Below are positions 46,234 through 55,975 of a DNA stretch of 64,000 bases, in pieces. The stretch lies in NCBI GenBank assembly GCA_963789335.1, contig CAWBKH010000002.1:985355-1049354 (forward strand), given 5' to 3'. Position 1 is the stretch's first letter, and each line of letters starts with the position of its first letter. Origin of the DNA: an uncultured Verrucomicrobiae bacterium. GTDB lineage: Bacteria; Verrucomicrobiota; Verrucomicrobiia; Limisphaerales; UBA11358. The notes under the pieces are model-generated. The model was given only the letters and a program-made list of their open reading frames with translations, searched no databases and had not been told where the DNA came from. The position numbers and the translations under genes are program-made.

Positions 46234-48660
46234 ATGACCGAACCCGCCATCACCCCAGAGTTGGTTGCCAAACACAACCTCACGCCGGACGAGTATAAGA
46301 AAATTCTCGATCTGTTGGGCCGCGAGCCGAGCTATACCGAGTTGGGCATTTTTTCGGTGATGTGGAGCGAGCATTGCAGTTACAAAAACACCCGCCCGCT
46401 CCTCAAAACCTTTCCGACCAAATCTAAAAAAATCCTCGTTGGCGCGGGCGAGGAAAATGCCGGCATCATTGACATCGGCGACGGCCTGGCCATCGCGTTC
46501 AAGATTGAGTCGCACAATCATCCGAGCGCGGTTGAGCCGTTTCAAGGCGCGGCCACCGGCGTCGGCGGCATCGTGCGTGATATTTTCACGATGGGCGCAA
46601 GGCCGATTTGCTCGGTCAACTCGCTAAGATTCGGGCCAATCACAAACGGGGAGCCGGAAAATGCAAACAATCGCAGATTGTTTGTGGGCGTTGTGGCCGG
46701 CATCGCACATTACGGCAATTGCTTCGGCATCCCGACCATCGCGGGCGAGGTTTATTTTGACAAATCCTATGAAGGCAATCCACTGGTGAACGCCTTCTGC
46801 CTCGGCGTGCTGCGGCACGAACAAATCGCGCGCGGCGCGGCCAAGGGCATCGGCAATCCGGTTTTTTATGTCGGTCCGCCAACTGGCCGCGACGGGCTGG
46901 CCGGCGCGGCGTTCGCGTCGCAGGATTTGACCGAGGAATCCGCCGAACAACAACGCGGCGCGGTGCAGGTAGGCGATCCGTTCATGGAAAAACTCGTGTG
47001 CGAGGCGTGCCTGGAACTGCTCGCCACCGGCGCGGTCGCGGGAATTCAGGACATGGGCGCGGCAGGTTTGACCTGTTCGACCTGCGAAACCGCCGCGCGC
47101 GCCGGCACCGGAATTGAGATTGAGCTGGACAAAGTTCCCCAACGTGTCCCGAATATGACGAGCTACGAGCTCATGTTGTCCGAATCGCAGGAGCGGATGC
47201 TCATCATCGTCCACAAGGGCCGCGAAGAGGAAGTGAAACGGATTTTCGACAAATGGGATTTGCCGTGGTCGGAAATCGGTTTTGTCACCGATACGGGCCG
47301 GATGGTGGTTAAGCATCACGGTCAAGTGGTCGCCGACATTCCAGCGAAGAAAATCGCCGACGAATCGCCGGTCTATCAGCGCGAGGCGACGGAACCGGAG
47401 TATTTGAAGCAAGTTCGCGCGATTCGGTTGGAAGAAATTCCCCAGACCCAAGACGCCAAATCCGATCTCCTGAAATTGCTGGCGTGGCCGACGATTGCGT
47501 CGAAGAACTGGGTTTACCGCCAATACGACCACATGGTGCGCGACGGTTCGGCAGTTTGTCCCGGCAGCGACGCGGCGGTGCTGCGCATCAAGCCGGATTC
47601 GTTGCCGGAAGTTTCGCGCGAAGACCGCGAAGTCGGCGAAGTAAATTCTGTGGCATCGCAACCTTTGCGTCCTTCGCGCAACAATTTTTCGGAAAAACTT
47701 ATTGCGCTGACGGTGGATGGCAATGGCGCTTATGTCTATCTCAATCCCTACGAAGGCGGAAAAATTGTCGTGGCTGAGGCCGCGCGGAATCTCGCCTGCA
47801 CTGGCGCGGTGCCGTTGGGTGTGACGGATAATTTGAACTACGGCAATCCGATGAAACCGGAGTTGTTCTGGCAGCTCAAGGAATCCGTGCGCGGACTGGC
47901 GGAAGCGTGCCAAGCGTTCAACGCGCCAGTGACCGGCGGCAATTGCTCGCTCTACAACCAAAGCCCCGCCGGCCCGATTGACCCGACGCCCACGGTGGCA
48001 ATGGTCGGCATCATCGAAAAACCGGAGCACATCACAACGCAATGGTTCAAGGACGAAGGTGACGCGATTGTTTTGCTCGGCGAACCGGTTGACAGAGACG
48101 ATCCGTTGCTGGGCCTCGGCGGCTCTGCTTACTTGCAGGTTGTGCATGGAATGAAGACCGGCACGCCGCCGCGTTGCGATTTGGAACAGGCAAGGATCCT
48201 GCACACCACGCTGCTGGGTTTGATTCAATCCGGCCTCATCAAGAGCGCGCATGATTGCAGCGAAGGCGGGCTGGCGGTCTGCCTGGCGGAAAGCTGCATC
48301 AGTCAATTGATCGCCCGCGCCACGCCAAGGTTGATTGGGGCAACGATTGATCTCACTCCGGTTGGGCGAGCATCCTCGCGAGCCGATGGAACTGCGGGCG
48401 ACGGCTCGTCAGTAGCCTCCCCCCACCAGATTCACGCATTACTGTTTGGTGAAACGCAATCTCGTATCGTCGTCACCTGCAAACCGCTTGAAGCAGTGAA
48501 AGTGGTGGAACGCGCAAAATTGCTCGGCGTCCCGGCGGTTCAGATCGGCAAAGTCGGTGGCGACCAATTGACCGTCAAAACCAGTGCCGGTGAATTCAGT
48601 GTGCCCGCGGCGGAACTGCACGACCAGTGGTGGAACGCCATCGCGCGGGCGATGGCTTGA
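44932..48660 (+). CDS. purL: continuous ORF: 434-aa low-GC N-terminal region of unknown function fused in-frame to a complete PurL (FGAM synthase II)
   Basis: No stop codon between ATG 44932 and 48660. The canonical PurL N-terminus [51 protein letters not shown] begins at ATG 46234 in the same frame. Confidence 0.8.
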   Translation: MQDDGSLSLFYEVQKQLQGEIALAGHEIKTAQNNLLALKKTENLASCFLVDYKNAPPTQEFQSGLKLTLAPTGLLVSGMVNNYSSVPTLTEKSVLAAQMQTTVLSGVAAFLSEIPMESRGLFVKVGTSLAADATAIQSYEEQLSVILEKLKPSLRIQLTGAVASLRDANNPARFTNTANNLRELLRELLAVIAPNDQIKTSQWFVPDKTSKTGVTRRHRIQFAVYGFLSEESFPNNLAEKVDDLTADLLEKVDKLSEFTHTTEAVLNSDENEALGLFQATLQLFILLFDTIKAAKDCIQDDLQIAVQDALAHLFISDFFDELDCLSSHTRPQDAEDVEVAVEEIDAERIHFSGSGSVLCELQYGSDSDVRNGDGLEMTDSYPFTFHGWASTTNPNEVNVERESIEIDTSSFYGEPEEANEKEILKSIDSLIEIPMTEPAITPELVAKHNLTPDEYKKILDLLGREPSYTELGIFSVMWSEHCSYKNTRPLLKTFPTKSKKILVGAGEENAGIIDIGDGLAIAFKIESHNHPSAVEPFQGAATGVGGIVRDIFTMGARPICSVNSLRFGPITNGEPENANNRRLFVGVVAGIAHYGNCFGIPTIAGEVYFDKSYEGNPLVNAFCLGVLRHEQIARGAAKGIGNPVFYVGPPTGRDGLAGAAFASQDLTEESAEQQRGAVQVGDPFMEKLVCEACLELLATGAVAGIQDMGAAGLTCSTCETAARAGTGIEIELDKVPQRVPNMTSYELMLSESQERMLIIVHKGREEEVKRIFDKWDLPWSEIGFVTDTGRMVVKHHGQVVADIPAKKIADESPVYQREATEPEYLKQVRAIRLEEIPQTQDAKSDLLKLLAWPTIASKNWVYRQYDHMVRDGSAVCPGSDAAVLRIKPDSLPEVSREDREVGEVNSVASQPLRPSRNNFSEKLIALTVDGNGAYVYLNPYEGGKIVVAEAARNLACTGAVPLGVTDNLNYGNPMKPELFWQLKESVRGLAEACQAFNAPVTGGNCSLYNQSPAGPIDPTPTVAMVGIIEKPEHITTQWFKDEGDAIVLLGEPVDRDDPLLGLGGSAYLQVVHGMKTGTPPRCDLEQARILHTTLLGLIQSGLIKSAHDCSEGGLAVCLAESCISQLIARATPRLIGATIDLTPVGRASSRADGTAGDGSSVASPHQIHALLFGETQSRIVVTCKPLEAVKVVERAKLLGVPAVQIGKVGGDQLTVKTSAGEFSVPAAELHDQWWNAIARAMA
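48360..48427 (+). repeat. 68-nt hairpin-rich element GGTTGGG...CCCCACC inside purL
   Basis: Inner stems GCGAG/CTCGC and GAGCCG/CGGCTC. It encodes [23 protein letters not shown] at a position where PurL homologues (from memory) have a much shorter loop. Confidence 0.55.
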
Positions 48661-48794
48661 GTTTTCTGAATCAGCCGGGAGCGTTTTTTGAACGTAAAAT
48701 TCACCTCACGACTCTCACTTTCAATGATTTCATCTATGAGTGGATTAACCACTGGTAATTTGCCACCGGCAGCGTAACCTCAGCGAAATCCTGC

Positions 48795-49757
48795 ATGCGA
48801 CAGTTTTTCACCATCGCCGCCAACGCCTTCATGGAATTAATCCGGCAGCCGGTGTTTTTGCTGCTGATGACGGGGTCGGTGGCGTTTGAACTTTTTCTGG
48901 CGGTGCCGTATTACTTCGCGTTCGGTGACGAGCCAAAACTGGTCAAGAACAGCGCGCTGGCGGTGATGTTGCTATCGGGATTGTTTGGGGCGGTGTTGAG
49001 CGCTTCCGCGTCGCTGGCGCGCGAAATCCGCGTGGGTACCGCGCTGGCGGTGTTGTCCAAACCGATCGGGCGCGCGCAGTTTCTGCTGGCCAAGTACGCC
49101 GGACTGGCGGCGGCATTGACACTGCTGACGTACGTGAACCTGGTCGGGGTGCTGCTGGCCGGCTGGATGTCGTTTGACGCCTATGGCAAAACCGATGTGA
49201 CTGCGCTCGGCATTTTCTCGCTGGCGGTGGCCGCGGCTTACGCGCTGGGCGGGTTCAGCAATTTTTTCCTGCGCCGGCCGTTCGTGAGCGACGCGGTCTG
49301 CGCGCTGGTGGTGACGGTGACGGTGGCGACATTTCTGATTTTGCGGTTCACGCATCAGGAAGAGAGCCTGGGTACTGCGGCGACAGTGGATTGGCGGCTG
49401 GTCCCGGCGGGGATTCTCATTTTGTTCGCGTTATGGATTTTGGCGGCGCTGGCCCTGGCGTGTTCGACGCGGCTGGACACCATTCCGACGTTGGCGGTCT
49501 GCTCGGCGTTTTTTTTGATCGGGCTGATGTCGGATTATTTCTTCGGCCAGCGCGCGGAGGCGGGCGATTGGTGGGCTTCAACGCTTTACACGGTCATCCC
49601 AAACTGGCAGCTTTTCTGGTTCGCCGACGCCATTGACATGGGCAAAAGCACATTCCAATGGGGTTATGTGGCCAAGGCTTTCGCCTACACCGTCGGCTAC
49701 GCGGGCGCGGCGCTGGCCATTGGCACGGCGCTGTTTGAGGAACGGGAATTGAGTTGA
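48795..49757 (+). CDS. ABC-2-type permease-like integral membrane protein
   Basis: 320 aa, about 7 TM helices. The N-terminal FMELIRQPVFLLL and LSKPIGRAQFLLAKY are typical of ABC-2 permease-like families. Confidence 0.5.
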   Translation: MRQFFTIAANAFMELIRQPVFLLLMTGSVAFELFLAVPYYFAFGDEPKLVKNSALAVMLLSGLFGAVLSASASLAREIRVGTALAVLSKPIGRAQFLLAKYAGLAAALTLLTYVNLVGVLLAGWMSFDAYGKTDVTALGIFSLAVAAAYALGGFSNFFLRRPFVSDAVCALVVTVTVATFLILRFTHQEESLGTAATVDWRLVPAGILILFALWILAALALACSTRLDTIPTLAVCSAFFLIGLMSDYFFGQRAEAGDWWASTLYTVIPNWQLFWFADAIDMGKSTFQWGYVAKAFAYTVGYAGAALAIGTALFEERELS

Positions 49758-49829
49758 AAATGAATTTTGAAGCGTAGAAGGGTGATACGTTGAAGCGGCA
49801 AAACGCTTCAATGTTTCGCCCCTTTAACG

Positions 49830-51740
49830 ATGGAACGAAGCGTTCAAAAACATGGTCTGGTGAATCTGGCCGCCACGGTGGTGATTTTCATCGCCGCGCT
49901 GGGCGCAGCCGCCTATGCGAATTCGCTGGCGGGGCAGGCCGCTTCGATCTTCCTCGGGTTGGGGATGCTGGTGGCGTTCGCCAGTTGGTTCCAGATGCGG
50001 CTCGAGGAGAACGAACGGCTGGAACGGCTGGAGGTGGAGGAACTCGCACGCACCCGGGGCGAAACGACGCTGTTCGAATCGAAGAGCGCGGAGGTTTTTC
50101 CGGCGCAGCGCGCGCGGGAACAGTTTGAGAAATTTTTCGCGCCGGGTTTCAGCGTGTTGTTGTTGTTGCTCGAAGGCGGCAGCGCCTATCTGCTCTGGCG
50201 CTGGATTTCCAGGACAACCGAAGGCATCGCGCCCGATCGCGCCATGCCGGCGCTCGCCTTCTTCAGTATTTTTGCGCTGCTGCTGTTTCTGATTGGCCGC
50301 TTTTCGGTAACCATTGCGCGGCTGGAAAATCACCGGTTGCTGAGGCCCAGCGCGAGTTTTTTGCTGCTGGGCGCATACGTCTGCTTCGTCACCGCCTTGG
50401 GGATTGCGGGGGTGCGAATGGGGTTTCCCAGCAGCGATGCCTACGTGGCGCGCGGGCTGACCGTGGTGCTGGGCTTGGTGGCGGTGGAAACCCTCGTCAT
50501 GCTGCTGCTCGAAATTTACCGCCCGCGGGTGAAGGGCAAGATCGCCCGCCCGCTGTTCGACAGCCGGATTGTCGGGTTGCTTGCCCAGCCGGAAAGCTTG
50601 TTCACCACGGCGGCGCAGGCGCTGGATTATCAATTCGGGTTCAAGGTTTCGGAGACATGGTTTTTCCTGTTATTGCGAAAAAGTCTGCCCGTTCTGTTTC
50701 TGGCACAACTGGCGGCACTGCTGCTGTCCACGTGCGTGGTGTTCATTGAGCCGGGCGAACAGGGCGTGCTGGAGCAATTTGGCCGGCTGGACCAAGCGCG
50801 CCCGGTTTTGAATCCCGGCGGGCATTTGATTTGGCCGTGGCCCATTGACAAAGTCTATCGGTATCGCACTGACCAAGTCCGGAGATTTGATGTCGGCTTC
50901 CAACCCACAGCGGAGAGTGAGAGGATGCAGACCATTTTGTGGACTGTCGTCCACACCAAAGAGATCAATTTTCTCGTTGGCAACGTGCCCCCGGCGACCA
51001 TCACCAACAATCTGGCCAATGCCGTTCCGGGCAACGTCGCTGAAAACCCGCTATTCTCAAAGGTCGCCCCGGTGGGATTGATTGACATCAGCATTCCGGT
51101 GCAATACCGCATCACCAACGTCCTGGACTGGGCTTACATCAACGCCGATCCGACGAACCTGCTCAACGACCTGGCCACGCGGACAGCGATCCATTACCTC
51201 GCGGGCCGCGATTTGAACGCGGTGCTCTCGCACGAGCGCAGCCAGATGGCGCAGTTGTTGCAACGGCGGATTCAGGCCGACGCCACCCGGCATCAACTCG
51301 GCGTGGAAATCCTTTTTGCCGGCGTGCAGGACATTCACCCACCGGTCAAAGTGGCGGGCGACTACGAACAAGTCGTCTCCGCCGGCCAACAGCAGGTTGC
51401 CGACACCAACGCCGCCGAGGCCGAGGCCATCCGCACTAATGCCATGGCGGGTGCGCAGGCGTTTGCCGACGTGAATCAGGCCCGAGCGACGCGGTTGCAG
51501 ACGGAACTATCCGCCTGGGCGCGCGCAGGGCTGTTCACCAACCAGATTGCCGCCTACGACGCCGCGCCGTCGGTCTATCGGCAGCGAGCCTATTATGGCA
51601 TGTTTCCCGCCGCCACGGCCAACGCCCGCAAGTACATTTTGCTGGTGACCAACACGCACAACGTGCTCATGTTTGACCTGGAAGATAAAATCCGCGAAAG
51701 CCTTTTGAACCTGAACGTGTCATCCACCAATTCGCCATGA
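49830..51740 (+). CDS. polytopic membrane protein with C-terminal SPFH/band-7 domain
   Basis: The N-terminal half has multiple TM helices. VLEQFGRL...PVLNPGGHLIWPWPIDKVYRY opens an SPFH-like domain, followed by an Ala/Gln-rich coiled region. Confidence 0.65.
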   Translation: MERSVQKHGLVNLAATVVIFIAALGAAAYANSLAGQAASIFLGLGMLVAFASWFQMRLEENERLERLEVEELARTRGETTLFESKSAEVFPAQRAREQFEKFFAPGFSVLLLLLEGGSAYLLWRWISRTTEGIAPDRAMPALAFFSIFALLLFLIGRFSVTIARLENHRLLRPSASFLLLGAYVCFVTALGIAGVRMGFPSSDAYVARGLTVVLGLVAVETLVMLLLEIYRPRVKGKIARPLFDSRIVGLLAQPESLFTTAAQALDYQFGFKVSETWFFLLLRKSLPVLFLAQLAALLLSTCVVFIEPGEQGVLEQFGRLDQARPVLNPGGHLIWPWPIDKVYRYRTDQVRRFDVGFQPTAESERMQTILWTVVHTKEINFLVGNVPPATITNNLANAVPGNVAENPLFSKVAPVGLIDISIPVQYRITNVLDWAYINADPTNLLNDLATRTAIHYLAGRDLNAVLSHERSQMAQLLQRRIQADATRHQLGVEILFAGVQDIHPPVKVAGDYEQVVSAGQQQVADTNAAEAEAIRTNAMAGAQAFADVNQARATRLQTELSAWARAGLFTNQIAAYDAAPSVYRQRAYYGMFPAATANARKYILLVTNTHNVLMFDLEDKIRESLLNLNVSSTNSP

Positions 51741-52642
51741 AAAAACGAAATCTGATAACCATCCTTACCGCCGCAGTGCTGGTCGTGATTTTCGTGCTGC
51801 TGCTGTTTACCTTTCAAGTCCGGCAATCCCAAGTGGCCGTCGTTACGACGTTCGGCAAGACGACCGGCGTTTATCATCCCGGATTGCATTTGCGCTGGCC
51901 GTGGCCGGTTCAGCAGGTTTACAAATTTGACCAGCGCATTCAGACCTTCTCGGACAAATTCGAAGAATGCCTCACCAAGGACAGCATTACTTTGTTGACC
52001 AGCGTCTATGTGGGTTGGAAAATCTCCAATCCAACGAACTTTCTCAACAGCTTTCCCAATGGCTCCATTGAAGCGGCGCAAAGCCAGCTTCAAAGCATCT
52101 TGACCAGCGCCAAACTGTCCGAGGTGGGCAGCAACACGCTCTCCGACTTTGTGAATGCAGACCCGAAGCAATTGAGGTTCGACGAGATTCAAAGCAACAT
52201 TGAAGAGATGGTCCAATCCCAGTTGCAGACCAACGACTACGGCATTCAAGTCGAATTTCTGGGCATTGAAAAGCTCGGGCTGCCCGAAGGCGTCACCGAG
52301 GCCGTTTTTACCCGGATGAAATCGGAGCGCCAGGTGCTCATTAGTCAGGCGCAAAACGAAGGCAAGGCGGAGGCCATCAAAATCAAGGCCAATGCCGACC
52401 GTCAGGCCAACGAAACACTGGCCAATGCCGAGGCCCAAGCCAAGCAGATTGAAGGCCAGGGCGTGGCGGAAGCCGCCAAGACGCTGCCCATCTTTCAGGA
52501 AAACCCCGGGCTGGCGGTTTTCATGCTGCGGATCAAGGCGCTCCAGGACTCGCTCAACCAAAAGTCCGTCCTGATCTTTGACCAGCGCACCCCGCCGTTT
52601 GATTTGTTCAGCGGCACTTGGACCAATCTGCCGGCAAAATGA
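51737..52642 (+). CDS. SPFH/band-7 protein (HflC-like)
   Basis: Single N-terminal TM helix, FQVRQSQVAVVTTFGK...GLHLRWPWPVQQVYKFDQR, and a coiled KAEAIKIKANADRQANE region. ATGA overlap with the upstream gene. Confidence 0.75.
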   Translation: MKKRNLITILTAAVLVVIFVLLLFTFQVRQSQVAVVTTFGKTTGVYHPGLHLRWPWPVQQVYKFDQRIQTFSDKFEECLTKDSITLLTSVYVGWKISNPTNFLNSFPNGSIEAAQSQLQSILTSAKLSEVGSNTLSDFVNADPKQLRFDEIQSNIEEMVQSQLQTNDYGIQVEFLGIEKLGLPEGVTEAVFTRMKSERQVLISQAQNEGKAEAIKIKANADRQANETLANAEAQAKQIEGQGVAEAAKTLPIFQENPGLAVFMLRIKALQDSLNQKSVLIFDQRTPPFDLFSGTWTNLPAK

Positions 52643-52649
52643 ATTTGCA

Positions 52650-52786
52650 GACGTGAAACATCGAACATCAAACATCGAACACCTGCCGCGACGGTGCGCG
52701 AGCACGGCGAGTCAAACGCCGAATGAAGCTGGCGCTCGCCACATTTTCGTTCGATGTTCGGTGTTCGATGTCCGGTGTTCGATGTT
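52650..52786. repeat. inverted pair of heptamer arrays (AACATCG x4 at 52657-52684; CGATGTT/CGGTGTT x5 at 52752-52786) around a ~60-nt GC-rich spacer
   Basis: Read directly. The arms are complementary over about 28 nt with 3 mismatches, one of which is G-U compatible. Confidence 0.8.
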
Positions 52787-52896
52787 TTTCCATTCCATCC
52801 CATGAGCGACGAGCACGATCATCCTCACGATCACGAGCACGAACCTCGCGCGCCGAGCCGGCGCCGGTAGCCCAGGACGATGCCGGTTCGCAGGCC

Positions 52897-53943
52897 ATGG
52901 CCGAGGCCATGCGCAGCAGCTTTGCGATTGTTAAATTCGTCATGGTGGCGCTGGTGATTCTGTTTCTCGCCTCGGGTATTTTCCAGGTCGGACCGCAGGA
53001 ACAGGCCATAATCCTCCGCTTCGGCAAGCCCGTCGGCACAGGTGAGCAAGCCCTGCTGGGTCCCGGATTGCACTGGGCCTTTCCGTACCCGATTGATGAA
53101 GTGGTCAAAATCCCCATCCGGCAAATCCAAAGCGTCCAATCCACGGTCGGCTGGTTTGCGGAAACGCCGGAACAGGAATTGAGCGGCAACCTGCCCCCGC
53201 CCGGGCCTTCCCTGGTTCCGGGCGTGGACGGTTATGCGATTACCGCGGACCACAACATCATTCACACGCAGGCGACGGTTTACTATCAGGTGGACAATCC
53301 GATCCGGGCGGTATTTGATTTTTCCGGCGGCACCAACTCTCCGCTCGGCATGGCGGGGGTTTCCAACGCGGTGTTGAATGTTTTGAACAACGCCCTGCTC
53401 TATACCGCCGCGCATTACAACGTGGACCAGGTGCTCTACAGCGACGTGGGCGGGTTTCAGGACGATGTTGGACGGCGGGTGATTCAACTGGCGGATCAGG
53501 AAAACCTGGGCATTACCATCCGGCAATGCAGCGTGCGTAGCATCCCGCCACGGCAGTTGCAGCAGATTTTTGATCAGGTCACCGAAGCGCGTCAAAACCA
53601 AGCCAAGGTACTCGACGATGCGCACAGCTACGAAAATCAGGTCACCAACAATGCCGACGCGCAGGCGGCGGCCATCCTCAATGAAGCCAAGAGCGCCAGT
53701 GTGCTTTACGTTCAATCTGTGCAAGCCGACGCGAAGGCGTTCAGCGACTTGTTGCCGAATTACAAAATCAATCCGGATTTGTTCGAGCAGGAGCAATTGG
53801 TGCAGGTGATGGGACAGTCGCTGACAAACGTGCAGTTCAAGGGTTATATGCCGACAACTGCCAATGGAAAACCGTCGGATTTGTGGCTATTGTTGAATCG
53901 TGAGCCGCCGGAGCCGCAAACCGGCGCGTCGGCCCAACAGTAA
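52897..53943 (+). CDS. SPFH/band-7 protein (HflK-like); the N-terminus may continue upstream through a frameshift
   Basis: TM helix FVMVALVILFLASGIF, then VGPQEQAIILRFGKPVG...GLHWAFPYPIDEVVKIP. The part of the ORF-track start at 52723 before 52897 translates the heptamer repeat and an out-of-frame His-rich ORF. Confidence 0.7.
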   Translation: MAEAMRSSFAIVKFVMVALVILFLASGIFQVGPQEQAIILRFGKPVGTGEQALLGPGLHWAFPYPIDEVVKIPIRQIQSVQSTVGWFAETPEQELSGNLPPPGPSLVPGVDGYAITADHNIIHTQATVYYQVDNPIRAVFDFSGGTNSPLGMAGVSNAVLNVLNNALLYTAAHYNVDQVLYSDVGGFQDDVGRRVIQLADQENLGITIRQCSVRSIPPRQLQQIFDQVTEARQNQAKVLDDAHSYENQVTNNADAQAAAILNEAKSASVLYVQSVQADAKAFSDLLPNYKINPDLFEQEQLVQVMGQSLTNVQFKGYMPTTANGKPSDLWLLLNREPPEPQTGASAQQ

Positions 53944-53977
53944 TTCAACATTCGCCTTTTAAATTTGTCATAATGTT

Positions 53978-55951
53978 ATGCAAGTCACATCGCTATTGAG
54001 CCATCACGAACACGAGCATCACCATGACCATGAGCATTCCGTGGTGCATCTGTGGCAGGCCGTCGCCGGAGTGGTGCTCGTCCTCAACGCCTACGTGGTG
54101 GATTGGCTGTTTACACAGGGCAGCGGCGTGGCCAGCGCCAGCGCCTGCGTGGGGGCGCTCATTCTCACCTATCCCATTGTCGTCACGGCCATCAAGGATT
54201 TGCGCGTCGGCCGTCTCAGCATCAATGAACTGGTCGCCATCGCCGTCCTTGCCGCATTCGCGTCCGGCAATTACAAGACCGCCGGCATCGTCGCTTTTTT
54301 CATGCTCACCGGCGAAATCATCGAGACCCGCACCGCCGAGGGCGCGCGGATGTCCGTCGAATCGCTCATCAAACTCACGCCCACCAAGGCGCGCCGCGTC
54401 AAAGCCGACGGCAGCGAGGAGGAAGTTGCCGCCAGTGAATTGGCCGTCGGCGACGTGATTCGCATTCGCCCCGGCGACAACGTCGCGGCGGACGGCGTCA
54501 TTCTCAGCGGCCAGGGTTCGTTCAACCAGGCGACCATCACCGGTGAATCACTGCCGGCGGACAAGAAAACCGGCGATGAAGTTTTCGCCGGCACGCAAAA
54601 TCTGACCGGCTTGCTGGAAATCAAGGTCAGCCGCGCCGGCCAGGACACGACGCTGGGCCGCGTGCGCGAACTGATCCTCGCGGCGGAAAAAACCAAGCTG
54701 CCCATTATGAAAATCGTGGACCAATACATGGGCTTTTACACGCCGCTCGTGCTGGTCATCGGCGCGCTCGTCTGGGCCTTCACCCACGATTTGAACCGCG
54801 TCATCGCCGTGTTCGTCGTGTCCTGCCCATGCGCGTTCATTCTGGCAACGCCGACCGCGATGGTCGCCGCGCTGTCCGCCGCCGCCCGCCTCGGCATTTT
54901 GATCAAGAACGTCGCCGACATCGAACTCGCCGCCAAAATCAACGCCTTCATTTTTGACAAAACCGGCACGCTGACGACCGGCCAACTGGCAGTCAGTCGC
55001 CTGGCCCCGGCGGGTGAAATCAAACCCGCCGAACTTCTGCGTTTGGCGGCCTCCGCCGAAAAATACAGCAACCACCCGACGGCCAAAGCACTGGCGCAGC
55101 TGGCGACCGAAGCCAGTGTGCCGCTGATCGAACCAAAAGATTTCAGCGAAGCCGCCGGGCGCGGCGTCAAGGCGCGGATCAATGGCGCGACCGTGCTGGT
55201 GGGCCGTGCGCAATGGCTCCGGGACAACGGCGTGGACTCGAATTTCGAGAAGTCCGTGGATTTGAACGAAACCGAAGGCTGGAGCTTGATTTTTGTCGCG
55301 CGTGACCATCAATGCGTCGGCTGGGTCGGTTTGCAGGACCAGACCCGCGCCGAGGCGAAGGAATCGCTCGCCGAACTGAAGGAGAATGGCGTCCGGCGCG
55401 TGGCAATGATTTCCGGCGACCGCCAACCGGTGGTGACGCGGGTGGCGGCCCAAATTGGCTGCGAAGAGGCCAAGGGCGATTGCCTGCCGCAGAACAAGGT
55501 CGAATTTGTCCGCGCCGTGAAAGCGAAAGGCTATCGCGTGGCGGTGGTGGGCGACGGCGTGAATGACGCGCCGGCGCTGGCCGCAGGCGACATCGGCATC
55601 GCCATGGGCGCGGCGGGCAGCGAAGTGGCCATTCATACCGCGACGATTGCGCTGATGAACAACGACCTGCGCCGGCTGCCGTTTCTGGTGAAGCTCTCGC
55701 GCAACACCCGCGCCGTCATCAACCAGAATTTCCTTTTTGGCGGGCTGTTCATTGTCATCGGTTTGACGGTCACGTCACTCGGCTACATCGGCCCGATTCC
55801 CGCGGCCATTCTGCATAACGTCGGTTCGTTGATTGTGATTTTCAACAGCGCCCGGCTCGTGCGCAAAGGCGAGGAACTGGAACATTTTCACCCCGAACCG
55901 GTTGAATCGCCGCGCGCCGCGACCGGACAATTGACGCCAAAACCGGCGTAA
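53978..55951 (+). CDS. heavy-metal-translocating P1B-type ATPase with His-rich N-terminus
   Basis: HHEHEHHHDHEH N-terminus, TGES, transmembrane CPC (SCPCAF), DKTGTLT and GDGVNDAPAL. Confidence 0.9.
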   Translation: MQVTSLLSHHEHEHHHDHEHSVVHLWQAVAGVVLVLNAYVVDWLFTQGSGVASASACVGALILTYPIVVTAIKDLRVGRLSINELVAIAVLAAFASGNYKTAGIVAFFMLTGEIIETRTAEGARMSVESLIKLTPTKARRVKADGSEEEVAASELAVGDVIRIRPGDNVAADGVILSGQGSFNQATITGESLPADKKTGDEVFAGTQNLTGLLEIKVSRAGQDTTLGRVRELILAAEKTKLPIMKIVDQYMGFYTPLVLVIGALVWAFTHDLNRVIAVFVVSCPCAFILATPTAMVAALSAAARLGILIKNVADIELAAKINAFIFDKTGTLTTGQLAVSRLAPAGEIKPAELLRLAASAEKYSNHPTAKALAQLATEASVPLIEPKDFSEAAGRGVKARINGATVLVGRAQWLRDNGVDSNFEKSVDLNETEGWSLIFVARDHQCVGWVGLQDQTRAEAKESLAELKENGVRRVAMISGDRQPVVTRVAAQIGCEEAKGDCLPQNKVEFVRAVKAKGYRVAVVGDGVNDAPALAAGDIGIAMGAAGSEVAIHTATIALMNNDLRRLPFLVKLSRNTRAVINQNFLFGGLFIVIGLTVTSLGYIGPIPAAILHNVGSLIVIFNSARLVRKGEELEHFHPEPVESPRAATGQLTPKPA

Positions 55952-55975
55952 TGGCGGCACGCCCGCTCTTTGCTT

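Noticed and set aside
52650-52786. Heptamer and 9-mer arrays considered as CRISPR-like or as a replication/iteron feature.
   Set aside because: The units are only 7-9 nt and directly abutting, with no spacers. No cas or rep genes are nearby. They are dispersed in many contexts, including coding sequence.
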